Below are positions 37,095-47,032 of a stretch of 64,000 nt of DNA, piece by piece (within the stretch, counting starts at the first letter, position 1; the number at the start of each line of letters is the position of its first letter). Below the pieces are notes generated by a model. The model was not told the origin of the DNA. It saw nothing but the letters and a program-made list of their open reading frames with translations, and did no database searches. The DNA lies in contig SHLP01000002.1 in NCBI GenBank assembly GCA_004283055.1, positions 2,753 through 66,752 on the forward strand, written 5' to 3'. Source of the DNA: Deltaproteobacteria bacterium (lineage in GTDB: Bacteria; Myxococcota_A; Polyangia; Polyangiales; Houyiibacteriaceae). Both the position numbers and the translations under genes were made by a program.

Positions 37095-38623
37095 CCGTAT
37101 CCGTGCTTCGCATCGTGCCGCTGGTCTTAGCGGCCGTCGTCGGGCTCCTCGTCGTCGACGCAGGCTTCGTCTACGATGACCCCTCCGCACTGGTCGAGAA
37201 TCCCGTCGTCAACGGCTCGACTCCAATCTGGGAAGCGTTCGTACGTGATTTCTGGGGACGCCCTGCGACGCACGGCTTCACTTCGTGGCGCCCGCTGATG
37301 CCGATCGTCTGGGCTCTGATCTGGCGGATCTGGCCCTCCGATCCCCTGCCGTTTCACCTCCTGAGCGCATCCCTCCACGTCTTCGCCGTGTGGATGAGCA
37401 TGCGCTTCGTCTATCGGCTCCGCCCTTCGTACGCCTATTCGTCTGCGGTCGGCGCGTTATTTGCGCTGCATCCGCTCAACACCGAAGCCGTCAGCGCGAT
37501 CGTTTCCCAGGCCGATTTGCTGTCGTTCGCGCTAGCGATCGGCGCCTGCACGGTCGCCCTCGGGCCAGCAAGCCTCCGCGGCGGGTCTTATTGTGCCCTG
37601 CTGCTCGTACTGGCCACACTTGTGAAGGAATCCGCGATCGTTTTCGCGCCACTGGCGGCGCTTCTGTTTTTGCTCGAGAGCGGTGACAAGAAGCTTCCGT
37701 TACTCGCCACAGTTCCCGTGCTCGTCGTGACCGTTGTAGTGATCGGTGTTCAGCTGAGCCTGCCGAGGGCCCCCGGGGTCACCATGATCACAAGCAACTT
37801 GGCACACCATGCGGACGGCGGACTGCGTCTACTACTCGGACTTCACAACATCGGGCGGTCCCTGTGGATGTCCGTCTGGCCATGGCCGATCGCACCCAAT
37901 CATGGGTACGCCGTCACTGAGCTACAGTTGGGCGTCCTCGGTCCCCATGCGGCGCTCGGGGCTGTCCTGCTGGTCGTCGGAACCATCGGCGGAGTTTGGG
38001 CCGTAAGTCACCGTCGCAGAGCATGGGTTGCCGCCCTCTCGCTTCTCTACGCGCCAGCTCTTCTGCAGTCCCATTGGTTCGTTCCGCTGATTACCGACCT
38101 TGCCGAACGACTGCTCTATCCGGCGACGCTCGGAATCGCCATGATCGCAGGCATCTGTATCTTCGATCGGCTGCAGCGGCCCGTGGCGCGTACCCTGCTG
38201 GTCTCTTCGCTCGGACTCGCGGCTCTGATCGGCAGCTTGTCGGCAAGACGCGCATGGGTCGATGAGGACTCGCTCTGGTTATACTCCGTCCGCGTAGAGC
38301 CGAAAGCCACGCTCCATCAACACAACGCGTCCAACACGTTCTTTCGTGCTGACGACCTGGATCGCGGCGCTTACCACCGCTTGATCGATGTTTACTTGCT
38401 GAATCGATTTCCCGCCCCGGTGCAATGGGAACAGATCGAGTCGACACGCTCGCTTTCCCCGCTCGAGCGCTTCGTCGAGCTCCCCGCGATTCTGGAGCCA
38501 GACGACCCCTGCGCGCTCGTTCGGCTCTTCACGAAGGAGGCGAGGCAGTATAAGCCGCTCTACGAATACGTCGTGGAGCATTGGGGCCGGCGATACCCTG
38601 CCTGCGGACGCTGGGCGCCCTGA
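37091..38623 (+). CDS. GT-C-fold membrane glycosyltransferase candidate (PMT_2/TMTC-like)
   Basis: The GTG start overlaps the upstream stop (GTGA). The first loop, DAGFVYDDPSALVENPVV, and the WRPL motif resemble polyprenyl-P-sugar-dependent GT-C enzymes. It has many TM segments. Confidence 0.5.
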   Translation: MTVSVLRIVPLVLAAVVGLLVVDAGFVYDDPSALVENPVVNGSTPIWEAFVRDFWGRPATHGFTSWRPLMPIVWALIWRIWPSDPLPFHLLSASLHVFAVWMSMRFVYRLRPSYAYSSAVGALFALHPLNTEAVSAIVSQADLLSFALAIGACTVALGPASLRGGSYCALLLVLATLVKESAIVFAPLAALLFLLESGDKKLPLLATVPVLVVTVVVIGVQLSLPRAPGVTMITSNLAHHADGGLRLLLGLHNIGRSLWMSVWPWPIAPNHGYAVTELQLGVLGPHAALGAVLLVVGTIGGVWAVSHRRRAWVAALSLLYAPALLQSHWFVPLITDLAERLLYPATLGIAMIAGICIFDRLQRPVARTLLVSSLGLAALIGSLSARRAWVDEDSLWLYSVRVEPKATLHQHNASNTFFRADDLDRGAYHRLIDVYLLNRFPAPVQWEQIESTRSLSPLERFVELPAILEPDDPCALVRLFTKEARQYKPLYEYVVEHWGRRYPACGRWAP

Positions 38624-38634
38624 TTCTTCGAGCG

Positions 38635-39459
38635 TCAGTCTCGGGTTGGAGGCGGGAAAAAGCTTTCGGGCTGTTCGCCGCGTTCCTGCTCTTCGTGGTA
38701 CCGCCGCACCATCTTTTCTCTGTACTGGCCGACATCTTTGGCGCCCTTGTACGTTTCGCGAACCGCGCGAAGCACGGCCATCGGCTTGATTGCGTGGGAG
38801 TCGCCAATCGCTCGGCCGCGTGAGATGTAGGGCGCTTCGGCAATTCGGAGGTCGGGCCGACGCAGCTGCGCCTTCGCCAGGAGCTCCGCTACGTAGGCGT
38901 GCCCACCAGATTCGACGTGAATGCCCTTGAATGCACTTGCTCGATAGAGCTTCATCCCATTGAGCGAGCGCCAGCGAAAACCGTAAAGCGTTTTGGTCAA
39001 CTTCAGGAAACCCGTGGACGCGATTCGGCGGGACAGCTTTCTCACGACAGGATTGTACAAGTACCCCAAGACGACGTCGTGACCGCGGCGAGCCGCCAAG
39101 AGATTGTCAATCGACTCTGCGAACACGAATTCGCTGTCACCTGGGAATACCGTAACCCAGGTGTCCTCCTCGATGGTCTCGTACGCCTCGGTCACGCAGC
39201 GGCCGAGGCCGCGATTGACGTCGTGCGCGAGGAGCCTGCAGCGACTGTCTTCGGTGCAGAGCTCTTGCATCACCGCCCGCGTGCCATCGGTCGAGCCGTC
39301 GTCGATCATCACGACTTCGACTCCGACCGCGATCCTGTCGGCGTGTTGGAGCACCTCCTTGACGGTGCGCCGCACCAGGTCTTCTTCGTTCAAGCATGGA
39401 ACGAGAACGCAGAGCTTTTCTCCTCGCTCGCTCGTTTTTGCGGTGCGGGTTTCGGACAT
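38635..39459 (-). CDS. Family-2 glycosyltransferase, DPM1/ArnC-like (polyprenyl-phosphate sugar synthase type)
   Basis: The start is ATG 39459, with a GAGAGGAG SD. It has LCVLVPCLNEEDLV and VVMIDDGSTDGT. Confidence 0.8.
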   Translation of the reverse strand: MSETRTAKTSERGEKLCVLVPCLNEEDLVRRTVKEVLQHADRIAVGVEVVMIDDGSTDGTRAVMQELCTEDSRCRLLAHDVNRGLGRCVTEAYETIEEDTWVTVFPGDSEFVFAESIDNLLAARRGHDVVLGYLYNPVVRKLSRRIASTGFLKLTKTLYGFRWRSLNGMKLYRASAFKGIHVESGGHAYVAELLAKAQLRRPDLRIAEAPYISRGRAIGDSHAIKPMAVLRAVRETYKGAKDVGQYREKMVRRYHEEQERGEQPESFFPPPTRD

Positions 39460-39537
39460 CGCTCCTCTCAAGTTGCCCTGTTGGATCCAAAACGTCAATC
39501 TGTTGACCAGCCGTCTCAGCGCGTAGGAAAATGAGAA

Positions 39538-41403
39538 ATGCGTTCACGTAAACGCGTACGGCGTCTTCAGATCACGGGCCTACTCTTGGCGGGCATCGTC
39601 TCTCTTTGGATGTTTCGCGAGGTCGGGAATCACCATTTGTCGTCCTTTAATCTCGGGCTTGGGACGACGGTGTTCATCAGTCGGGGGTATGCGTTTTTTC
39701 TCCTCTTCTGGACCGTCTTTGGATCGCTTGCGGCGATCTTCTTCGGCGGCGCGTTCGCCTTAGCCAGCGATTCAGACTGGGCCTCGCGTCTCGTCGACCG
39801 GCTGCGAGGGACATCAGACCGCAGCGTCATCATTGCGATGAGCCTTCTTGGCCTCTGCATTCCACTGCTCATCCACTGGCGCCTCCTTTTGGATGCGGAC
39901 ATTGCCGACGACGAGTCGGCATATCGGTTCATGGCGCAGCTGCTGGCGAGCGGGCGACTCTACGCCGACTCACCGCCAATGAAGCTCTTCTTCGACCGTG
40001 CGTTCATGATCAACGACGGCAAGTTCTACGCGCAGTATTTCGTGGGATGGCCGGCCCTCCTCGCACCCGGCGTTGCGCTCGGGGTACCCTGGTTGATGAA
40101 CCCGATCTACTCGGCGCTCACAGTCCCACCCATCTTTCTCACGCTTCGGCAACTAGGTGGACGACGCTGTGCGGCCACGGGCGCCATGATCTTCCTATCG
40201 GCGCCTCTCGTGCAGTTCGGCGCCGCGACGCAGCTCTCGCACACGTCCTGCATCTTTGCGCTTGCCTGGGCGACGTTCTTCGCGGTCCGCATCTACACCG
40301 GGGACGAGAGGCTTTGGTTGCACGCTGCACTTGCAACATGCTTCTCGATGGCCTTTTTCATCCGCCCGAGCTCGGCCCTGGGGATCGGGCTCCCGCTCCT
40401 GGCGATCTGGTTGATCTCAGCTGCGTCGATGGAAGGAAAGGCACGGTGGAAGGCGATGGCTGTGTTTGCTGCTCCAGCGCTGGCGTTCGCCGTAGCGTTC
40501 CTTCTGGTCAACCTGGCGCAGAACGGAAGCTTCACCGCCGTGTCCTATCAACGGGCGATCAGCTACGCCAGGGAGAACGGCTTCCGCTTCGCGGCGTGGA
40601 ACTGGTTTCCGAAAGACAGGACGTTCGCGATGGAGCTAGGGCCGATCGGCCTAGCCGCCGCGCAGACGGGTGTCTCGCTGACGCGTTTAAACTACGCCCT
40701 CTTCGGCTGGCCTCTGGCCTTCGTCTTCCTGCCATTCGCCGGTTGGCGCAGCTACCGAAGTTGGGTCCCATGGACGATGTTGATCTGCTTCGGGGTGACC
40801 CACTTCCACATGCGCAACGGCGGTATCGATACATTTGGGCCTGTACACTACCTCGAAACCGCTCTCCCCTTGGTTCTCCTGACCGCTCTTGGGGTCACGC
40901 GGCTCACGTCATCGTTGAGCTCGGTTCCCTCGAAGGGCCTGGTCGGAGGGCTGTCGTCGAGAGCACCTCTCGCGCTCTGTCTCGGCCTGATCACCGCTTC
41001 AGCTCTCGGCTACGTACCGGTGCGCGCCATGGCTCTGCACGAAGTCGGCTCGATCACGGGCCTGGCGGCGCGCACGGCCGAGGCGGAGCTCCAGGGGCCG
41101 TCGGTCATCTTCGTGCAGCGGCCCCTCGTTCCTAGGCACTGCAATGGCACCCACCACTTCAACTTCTGGCGGCCCAACAACGACCCGGATCTGCAGAATC
41201 GGATTCTTTGGGTGAATCACATCACGCTCGATCACGATAGCAAGCTGATGGAGCTCTACCCCGATCGGGAAGCGTTCGTCATGGTCTGGTCGCAGCAGTG
41301 CACGCCGCGTTTCCTTCCGCTCTCTGGGCTCGACGAGGCAAGAGTCCCCCCGGGAGCCATCGGCGGCTCTGGCGAGCTCCCTTCGGTGGAGGAGATGCGG
41401 TGA
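39538..41403 (+). CDS. GT-C-fold membrane glycosyltransferase candidate (ArnT/PMT family-39/83-like)
   Basis: 621 aa and polytopic. The early loop DADIADDESAYRFMAQLL resembles the DE/DD catalytic loop of the ArnT/PMT_2 families. Confidence 0.55.
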   Translation: MRSRKRVRRLQITGLLLAGIVSLWMFREVGNHHLSSFNLGLGTTVFISRGYAFFLLFWTVFGSLAAIFFGGAFALASDSDWASRLVDRLRGTSDRSVIIAMSLLGLCIPLLIHWRLLLDADIADDESAYRFMAQLLASGRLYADSPPMKLFFDRAFMINDGKFYAQYFVGWPALLAPGVALGVPWLMNPIYSALTVPPIFLTLRQLGGRRCAATGAMIFLSAPLVQFGAATQLSHTSCIFALAWATFFAVRIYTGDERLWLHAALATCFSMAFFIRPSSALGIGLPLLAIWLISAASMEGKARWKAMAVFAAPALAFAVAFLLVNLAQNGSFTAVSYQRAISYARENGFRFAAWNWFPKDRTFAMELGPIGLAAAQTGVSLTRLNYALFGWPLAFVFLPFAGWRSYRSWVPWTMLICFGVTHFHMRNGGIDTFGPVHYLETALPLVLLTALGVTRLTSSLSSVPSKGLVGGLSSRAPLALCLGLITASALGYVPVRAMALHEVGSITGLAARTAEAELQGPSVIFVQRPLVPRHCNGTHHFNFWRPNNDPDLQNRILWVNHITLDHDSKLMELYPDREAFVMVWSQQCTPRFLPLSGLDEARVPPGAIGGSGELPSVEEMR

Positions 41404-41419
41404 GTCCCGGGGCTGAACT

Positions 41420-42505
41420 ATGCTTGTTGGAATGGGAACGGGCGAGATGAGCACCAGCGGATTGCTGATCGAGCGACCGATCGTACTCCTGGCTTCGGAG
41501 CGAAGTGGAGGGAACCTACTCCGTGCCATCGTCGGAAGCCATTCCCAGATCGTTGCGCCAAGTCCGGTGCACTTCTTGATCAACGTCGATCCACTTCTTC
41601 CGCTCTATGGAGACCTCTCGGACGATGCTAACTTCCGCCAGGCCTGCGAAGACGTGTCCCGCCTGCTTCGGTACCAAATTGCTGGTCACGGCGAACCGCC
41701 GAAACCCGACGCGCTCTTCGAAAACGCTCGGGAGCGAAGCCTGGTTGGATTGATGGACGTCGCGTTTCACCTGCTCATGGAAAAAAGCGGCGCCACGCGC
41801 CTGCTCTTGAAAGAGAACGAGGCGTTCCGATACGCCCATCGCCTGGCCAACGCGTATCCGAAGATGCGTTTTCTGTACTTGGTGCGCGACGGACGCGACG
41901 CGGCCTTGTCGTGGCTCAAGTCTCCGAACCACTTTGGCGGCGTTTCGCACATTGCACGAACCTGGCGCGACGAGCAGAGAGCGTGTCTCTCCCTTTTGTG
42001 TGACCCCAGCCTCTCCGATCGAATCCTAGTGGTTCACTACGAAGACCTCGTCTCGACGCCTGACGAAATCGTCGAATCGCTGTGCCAATTCATTGATGTG
42101 GACTTCGAAGATTCCATGCTCGAGTTTCACGGCCGCGCCGAAATTCGTGAGCAGTCTGCAGGGGTTCGAAACTGGGAAAACCTGTCGAGACCGATCATGG
42201 AGCAGAACTTCAACAAGCACCAAGCGGAGCTCGGTTGGTGGCGTACCCAGACGTTCAATCAGATTGCGCGGCGAGAGCTCACGTCGCTCGGCTATGACGT
42301 CCCGGACACAAGCGGAATCCATCGCCTCGGAGGCCAGGTGATGAGTGCCTCCAAAGAGGGCCTCGCCTTGGCCTCGAAAGCTGCCCGCGGGCGTCTTCCA
42401 AAACCGGTCGAGGTCCTAGCGCGCGGAAAACGTCGTCGCAATTTCGGAAAAATTACCTCAGAGCTCGAAGCTCGCCAGCGTCCACGCTGGCCCCGCAAAC
42501 ACTGA
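41420..42505 (+). CDS. Second sulfotransferase-family protein
   Basis: IVLLASERSGGNLLRAIVGSH is a PAPS-loop-like segment, and LYLVRDGRDAALS is a 3'-phosphate-binding-like segment. The G+C content is visibly lower. Confidence 0.5.
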   Translation: MLVGMGTGEMSTSGLLIERPIVLLASERSGGNLLRAIVGSHSQIVAPSPVHFLINVDPLLPLYGDLSDDANFRQACEDVSRLLRYQIAGHGEPPKPDALFENARERSLVGLMDVAFHLLMEKSGATRLLLKENEAFRYAHRLANAYPKMRFLYLVRDGRDAALSWLKSPNHFGGVSHIARTWRDEQRACLSLLCDPSLSDRILVVHYEDLVSTPDEIVESLCQFIDVDFEDSMLEFHGRAEIREQSAGVRNWENLSRPIMEQNFNKHQAELGWWRTQTFNQIARRELTSLGYDVPDTSGIHRLGGQVMSASKEGLALASKAARGRLPKPVEVLARGKRRRNFGKITSELEARQRPRWPRKH

Positions 42506-42551
42506 CGACTCGCTCTCCGGGGCGTCGACGAGCTTGCCGGCTGGATACGGG

Positions 42552-43433
42552 TCAGCGAGGCGGCGGCAAGGTATCGCGGCCTTTCGGAACGCCGAGCACG
42601 GCCCTGAGAACGCGCTGCTCGACCTGCCGTTCGAGACGGCTGGGAGTGGGGATCCTGAGGAGGATATTCACCGTGTTCTTGTCGACGAGCTGGTAGGTCA
42701 CCCGCGGGTCGACGATCGGCGGCACCAAACCGTGGCGGCGATAGCGTGCGGCCATAGGCCGACGGACGTCGTCGATGAACTCTGCGCAGGCCTCGCGCGC
42801 TGCTGCAAGCGCCTTCTGCTCCATCGCCGCGAGATCTGCGCTTCGGTCGACCGGAATGCTCATCAAGTGCAGCATGTACTCGCCGGCGAGGCTCTCGTTC
42901 AGAACCGCCTCCGTCATGAGCAAGCTATTGGGGATGCTGATCGTGCGGCCCGTGCGCTGATGCCCCTGCCCCACTTCGAGCACCAAGGTACTCAGGAGGC
43001 CGGTATCGATCACATCGCCGCGGATCGATGAAATCGCGATTCGATCGCCGACCTCGAATGCGTTCGCGCTCACCCGGTATATGGCGCCTTGAATGCAAGC
43101 AATCGTTTCCTTGGTGGCCCAGACGATGGCCATCGCGAGAACGACGAAGGAAACGGCGAGCGTTTGAAGCTCCGCCGCCCAAATGGTGAGCAGACCAAAC
43201 GCCAAGATCGCGTAGGAGAGCCCGCGAATCTGCGACGACCAGCGAAGGCGAAGCTTGTCCCTGCTAGGCAAGGCCCGGCGCACGAAACGAAGCGCGACGT
43301 ACCGAACGACGAGCACGGACACCAGCAAGACGAGCGTTGCGATCAGGTGACTCAGAAGCTGAGGGTTCTGAAAAAAATTCGCGACGCGCGACTGTGCCGT
43401 CGGGTCTGTGATCGACTCGATGATCGGGTTCAT
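42552..43433 (-). CDS. MscS-family mechanosensitive channel
   Basis: It has three N-terminal TM helices, then FEVGDRIAISSIRGDVIDTGLLSTLVLEV, which is the MscS beta-domain signature. Confidence 0.75.
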   Translation of the reverse strand: MNPIIESITDPTAQSRVANFFQNPQLLSHLIATLVLLVSVLVVRYVALRFVRRALPSRDKLRLRWSSQIRGLSYAILAFGLLTIWAAELQTLAVSFVVLAMAIVWATKETIACIQGAIYRVSANAFEVGDRIAISSIRGDVIDTGLLSTLVLEVGQGHQRTGRTISIPNSLLMTEAVLNESLAGEYMLHLMSIPVDRSADLAAMEQKALAAAREACAEFIDDVRRPMAARYRRHGLVPPIVDPRVTYQLVDKNTVNILLRIPTPSRLERQVEQRVLRAVLGVPKGRDTLPPPR

Positions 43434-43440
43434 CCCGCGC

Positions 43441-44649
43441 CTACCTCGCCTCGACTGAAACGCCGTCCCTAACGCTGTCGCTTGGATAGGCGATCACCGG
43501 CTCGCCCTCCTCTAGTCCGGATAGCACCTCGGTTTCGATTCCGTTGCTCTCTCCGAGCTCCACGGCGCGAAGAACGGCCTCGCCGTCTTCGACGACAAAG
43601 GCCGCCCAGGATTCCTCAGAACGGAAGACGGCGCTGGCCGGCACACGAAGGACATCCTCTCCCTCCCAGACCGAAATGCGTGCTTCGACTCTGTAGCCAT
43701 CGCCCAAGCTCTGCCAGGACTCGCGATCCTCGTCCATGTCGATGATGACGTTCACCCGCTGCTCTTCGACGCCAAGCGCCGAGAGCTTGGTAAACGCGGA
43801 GGGCTCGACCACCCGCACGTGACCGCGCAAGGGGTTCTTTCCTCCCCATCGCTCGATCAAGACCGAATCACCCGGTGATATCCGAGTGGCATCCTGGCTA
43901 AGGACGTCGACGACGATCTCGAGCGCGGCAGGATCACCCAGCTCCAAGATGGGCGTGCCACTTTGAACGACGCCTTCGCTTTCTTGAAACACCTTGAGGA
44001 CCTGACCGGCGACCGGCGAGAGGATCTCCATCTGCTCACCGTCTTGGCCCTGTCCGCTGAGCTGCATCAGGGTCGTTTGCGCCAGCTTGAGCTGGTGCTC
44101 CGCGACGCGTCCGCCAAACTCGGCAGATCGGAGCTCTTCCTGACTGCTCCGGTACGTGGATACCGCCCGATCGGCATCGCTACGCGCGAGGCCTCCTTGC
44201 TGCACCACTGCGAGGGCTCTTTCGGATTCTTGCTTGGCGAAGTCGCGCTGGAATCTCGCGCGGTTGACGGCAGCTTGCGCCTGCCTCCTTGCAGCGATCG
44301 CCGCGTCGACCCGTGCTTTGGCCTCCGCGCGCGTCCGCGAATCGAGGAGCGGCGGAGGCAGCGGAACCAGCCGAGCGATCACTTGTTCCTGTTCGATCGA
44401 ATCTCCGGCATCGAGCTCGGGCCGCGCCAAGTTGCCGATCACTGGAGCGGATACCGTGTACCGGTCTTTGACGCGAGTGCGCCCGTCCTCATTGACCGTG
44501 ACGACGAGCGCCCCTCGGCTCACCTCGGAAACCTCGACTTCGACCGGATTCGGAACCCAAGCGACGACGATCAAGCCAACGACAGCAAGCACCGCCAGTG
44601 CGATTAGAATCCGTCGAATCCATTTCCTCAAACCGGACGCCTGTTCCAT
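43441..44649 (-). CDS. HlyD/MacA-type periplasmic adaptor (membrane fusion protein)
   Basis: The start is ATG 44649. It has an N-terminal anchor, a coiled-coil hairpin region and a beta-barrel C-terminus. Confidence 0.75.
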   Translation of the reverse strand: MEQASGLRKWIRRILIALAVLAVVGLIVVAWVPNPVEVEVSEVSRGALVVTVNEDGRTRVKDRYTVSAPVIGNLARPELDAGDSIEQEQVIARLVPLPPPLLDSRTRAEAKARVDAAIAARRQAQAAVNRARFQRDFAKQESERALAVVQQGGLARSDADRAVSTYRSSQEELRSAEFGGRVAEHQLKLAQTTLMQLSGQGQDGEQMEILSPVAGQVLKVFQESEGVVQSGTPILELGDPAALEIVVDVLSQDATRISPGDSVLIERWGGKNPLRGHVRVVEPSAFTKLSALGVEEQRVNVIIDMDEDRESWQSLGDGYRVEARISVWEGEDVLRVPASAVFRSEESWAAFVVEDGEAVLRAVELGESNGIETEVLSGLEEGEPVIAYPSDSVRDGVSVEAR

Positions 44650-44662
44650 GCGCCATCCTTCC

Positions 44663-47032
44663 TTACTCCCTCGTCTTGAGGACGCCAATTAAGTCCAAGG
44701 TATCGAGCCGCCGCCGGACGAGGAGCGCGCTCAGGACGGCCGCGGCCAAGACTACCACCACCGAAAAGGCATAGGTCTGGGACGAGATCAGCATAGGCAG
44801 GCGGAACTGCTCCGGGTCGGCCTGCAGCTCGACGAGCGCCTTGACCCCCCAGGTCCCCAGCGCCATCCCCACCGGGATTCCCAAGCAGACCTGGATGGCC
44901 TGCTCGCCGAGCAAGATAGCCGAGATCTCGGCTCGGGTGAACCCGAGAACGCGCAGCGTAGCCAGATCGCGGCTTCGAACGGACAGGCTCACCCGCGCGT
45001 TGTTGTAGACCACTGCCACCGCGATCGCGGTTGCAAACAAGGTCAGAATCAGCGTGATCGCCTGCATCGTCTTTCTCGTTTGACCCTCGAACTTCTCCAA
45101 GATCGTCCGCTTCCGGTGAATGCTCTGGACGGTGGGAATGTCGGTGAGGTATGCGTGGAGCTCAGTTTCACGCCCCGGGTTCACGCGAAGCAAGGCCGTG
45201 TTGATCGTCGGTTTCTCGCGGAGGAGCTCGTGCAGGCTACTCTTCTGCATGTAGCCCTGTATTCCGAACGCCTCGTCAATCGTCCCGCTGACACGGAGTT
45301 GCCGCGTCCCCCGGTCGCCTTCCTTGAGCTCGACGTCGATCAGGTCGCCGGGCTCCGCGCCGAGGATGTCGGCTAGGACATCGGTGAGCAACACGCCACT
45401 GTGTGGAATTCGTGCCGGCTGGAACTGGCGGGTGAACAGCCTTCTCAGATGGCTGTCGGGCGGCAAGCCGATGAGGACGGTGTCACGCCATCGCGGACCC
45501 AAACGAAAGCGCACCGGTGTCATGCGATAGCCGTCGACCTGATCGACACCGGGGAGATGTGCGAGGTATCCGAGGCTGCGGTCCTCGACTTCGTTCTTGA
45601 AGATCACGCTGATGTCTTCTCGCTGCTGCCTCCCAAACTGCAGGTCGAGAATCGGCCCGTGCGCGTCTTTCCCGAATCGGCCGAGGATGATGATGGCCAG
45701 GGCGAAGGCGATTCCTGCAGAGGAGAGCAGCGTTCGAAGGGGACGTCGCCAGATCTCACGGAAGACCATCATGGTGGTTTGGTGGAGCCGGCGAAGTCCT
45801 GGAACCTGCTCGATCGGCGAAGCCCGATAGCGCGCAGGAGATGGAGGCCGCATGGCCTCCGCAGGTGGCAAAGTGACGGCGCTCCGGATCGCGAACGCAA
45901 TCCCCGCGACCGCGGCGAGCAGGCTTGCAATCACCGCGTTGATCGCGACGGGAAGATCGAGCCGCCCACGGGTCATTGGGAGCCGAAAGAAACCCGCGTA
46001 AAGATCGAGCATCGCGTCCGCCAGCCACGCGCCAAGCGCCACGCCGATCGCCGAGCCAAATAGAACGATGACGCAAACCATCTTGAAGTAGTGCATGGCG
46101 ATCGTGGAGCTCTCGTAGCCCACGGCCTTGATCACGGCGATCTGACCGCGCTGCATCGTCACCATTCTGGAGAAGACGACGTTCAATAGAAACGCCGCTA
46201 CCGCTAGAAAAGCCCCTGGCAGAAAGACCACCTCGGCCTCGATTTGAGCGAGCTCTCCCTCGAGGATGGAGTTGGAAATTTGCAGGCTTCGTCCGTAGGC
46301 GCCTAAGCCCCCGTAGGGCTCGAGAATCCGATCGATGGCGATGAGCACGGCGCTCTCGTCGGCGCCCGGCTCCAAGCGAATCGCGACATCGTTGAACGCT
46401 CCCTCCATTTGAAACGCCGCCGCAACCGAGGTGCCCGACATCCACATCGGGGCGAAACGCTCGTCATTCGACGTGATGCCGCCAGGTTCGATCGCGAACA
46501 CGTACTCGGGCGAGAGCGCCAGGCCGACGACGATGAGCTCGTGCAGCTTCCCGTTTAGAATCGCCGGCACGGTCGAGCCTGGCCGGAGCTCGTGCTCGCG
46601 GGCAAAAGGCTCGTAGATGAGCACTTCGTTTCCGCGGCCGGGCTCCGGGAAGCGGCCCGATTTCACGTAGACGTCGTTCATCGGGGGCCTGCCGTGGCTG
46701 GGTAGCGAGACGATCTGGCCTTGGGCCGGTGTAAGTATCCCGCCGATTGGCAAAAGCACCTCTTCGACGATTCGCGGGTACACGGACGCCACTCCGGGAA
46801 CCTCTCCGAGTTGCTCGGCTACTGAATCCGGCGCTCGCTTCAACCGCGCAAACGCATCGGCGAAGCGATACTCTTCGTAGTAGGCCGCCTTGGAGTCACC
46901 AAGCGCGCGCCACGCGCTCCTGAGCGTGATGTAGTTGGCGACGCCCACCGCAACCACCAGGGCGATAGTCAGAGCCTGCCCCTTGAGGCGCATCAGATCG
47001 CGAAGCAGCTTCCGATCGAGAACGCTCACCAT
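44663..47032 (-). CDS. ABC transporter permease with two FtsX-type domains (MacB/DevC-like)
   Basis: 789 aa. It contains two repeats, each of a TM plus a large periplasmic loop plus a three-TM FtsX module. Confidence 0.8.
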   Translation of the reverse strand: MVSVLDRKLLRDLMRLKGQALTIALVVAVGVANYITLRSAWRALGDSKAAYYEEYRFADAFARLKRAPDSVAEQLGEVPGVASVYPRIVEEVLLPIGGILTPAQGQIVSLPSHGRPPMNDVYVKSGRFPEPGRGNEVLIYEPFAREHELRPGSTVPAILNGKLHELIVVGLALSPEYVFAIEPGGITSNDERFAPMWMSGTSVAAAFQMEGAFNDVAIRLEPGADESAVLIAIDRILEPYGGLGAYGRSLQISNSILEGELAQIEAEVVFLPGAFLAVAAFLLNVVFSRMVTMQRGQIAVIKAVGYESSTIAMHYFKMVCVIVLFGSAIGVALGAWLADAMLDLYAGFFRLPMTRGRLDLPVAINAVIASLLAAVAGIAFAIRSAVTLPPAEAMRPPSPARYRASPIEQVPGLRRLHQTTMMVFREIWRRPLRTLLSSAGIAFALAIIILGRFGKDAHGPILDLQFGRQQREDISVIFKNEVEDRSLGYLAHLPGVDQVDGYRMTPVRFRLGPRWRDTVLIGLPPDSHLRRLFTRQFQPARIPHSGVLLTDVLADILGAEPGDLIDVELKEGDRGTRQLRVSGTIDEAFGIQGYMQKSSLHELLREKPTINTALLRVNPGRETELHAYLTDIPTVQSIHRKRTILEKFEGQTRKTMQAITLILTLFATAIAVAVVYNNARVSLSVRSRDLATLRVLGFTRAEISAILLGEQAIQVCLGIPVGMALGTWGVKALVELQADPEQFRLPMLISSQTYAFSVVVVLAAAVLSALLVRRRLDTLDLIGVLKTRE

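Noticed and set aside
36165-37190. 341-aa minus-strand ORF
   Set aside because: It is antisense to the FemAB-like gene. The plus-strand ORF fits the tight GTGA/0-nt coupling with its neighbours and has family-like blocks, while the minus-strand product is Arg-rich low complexity.
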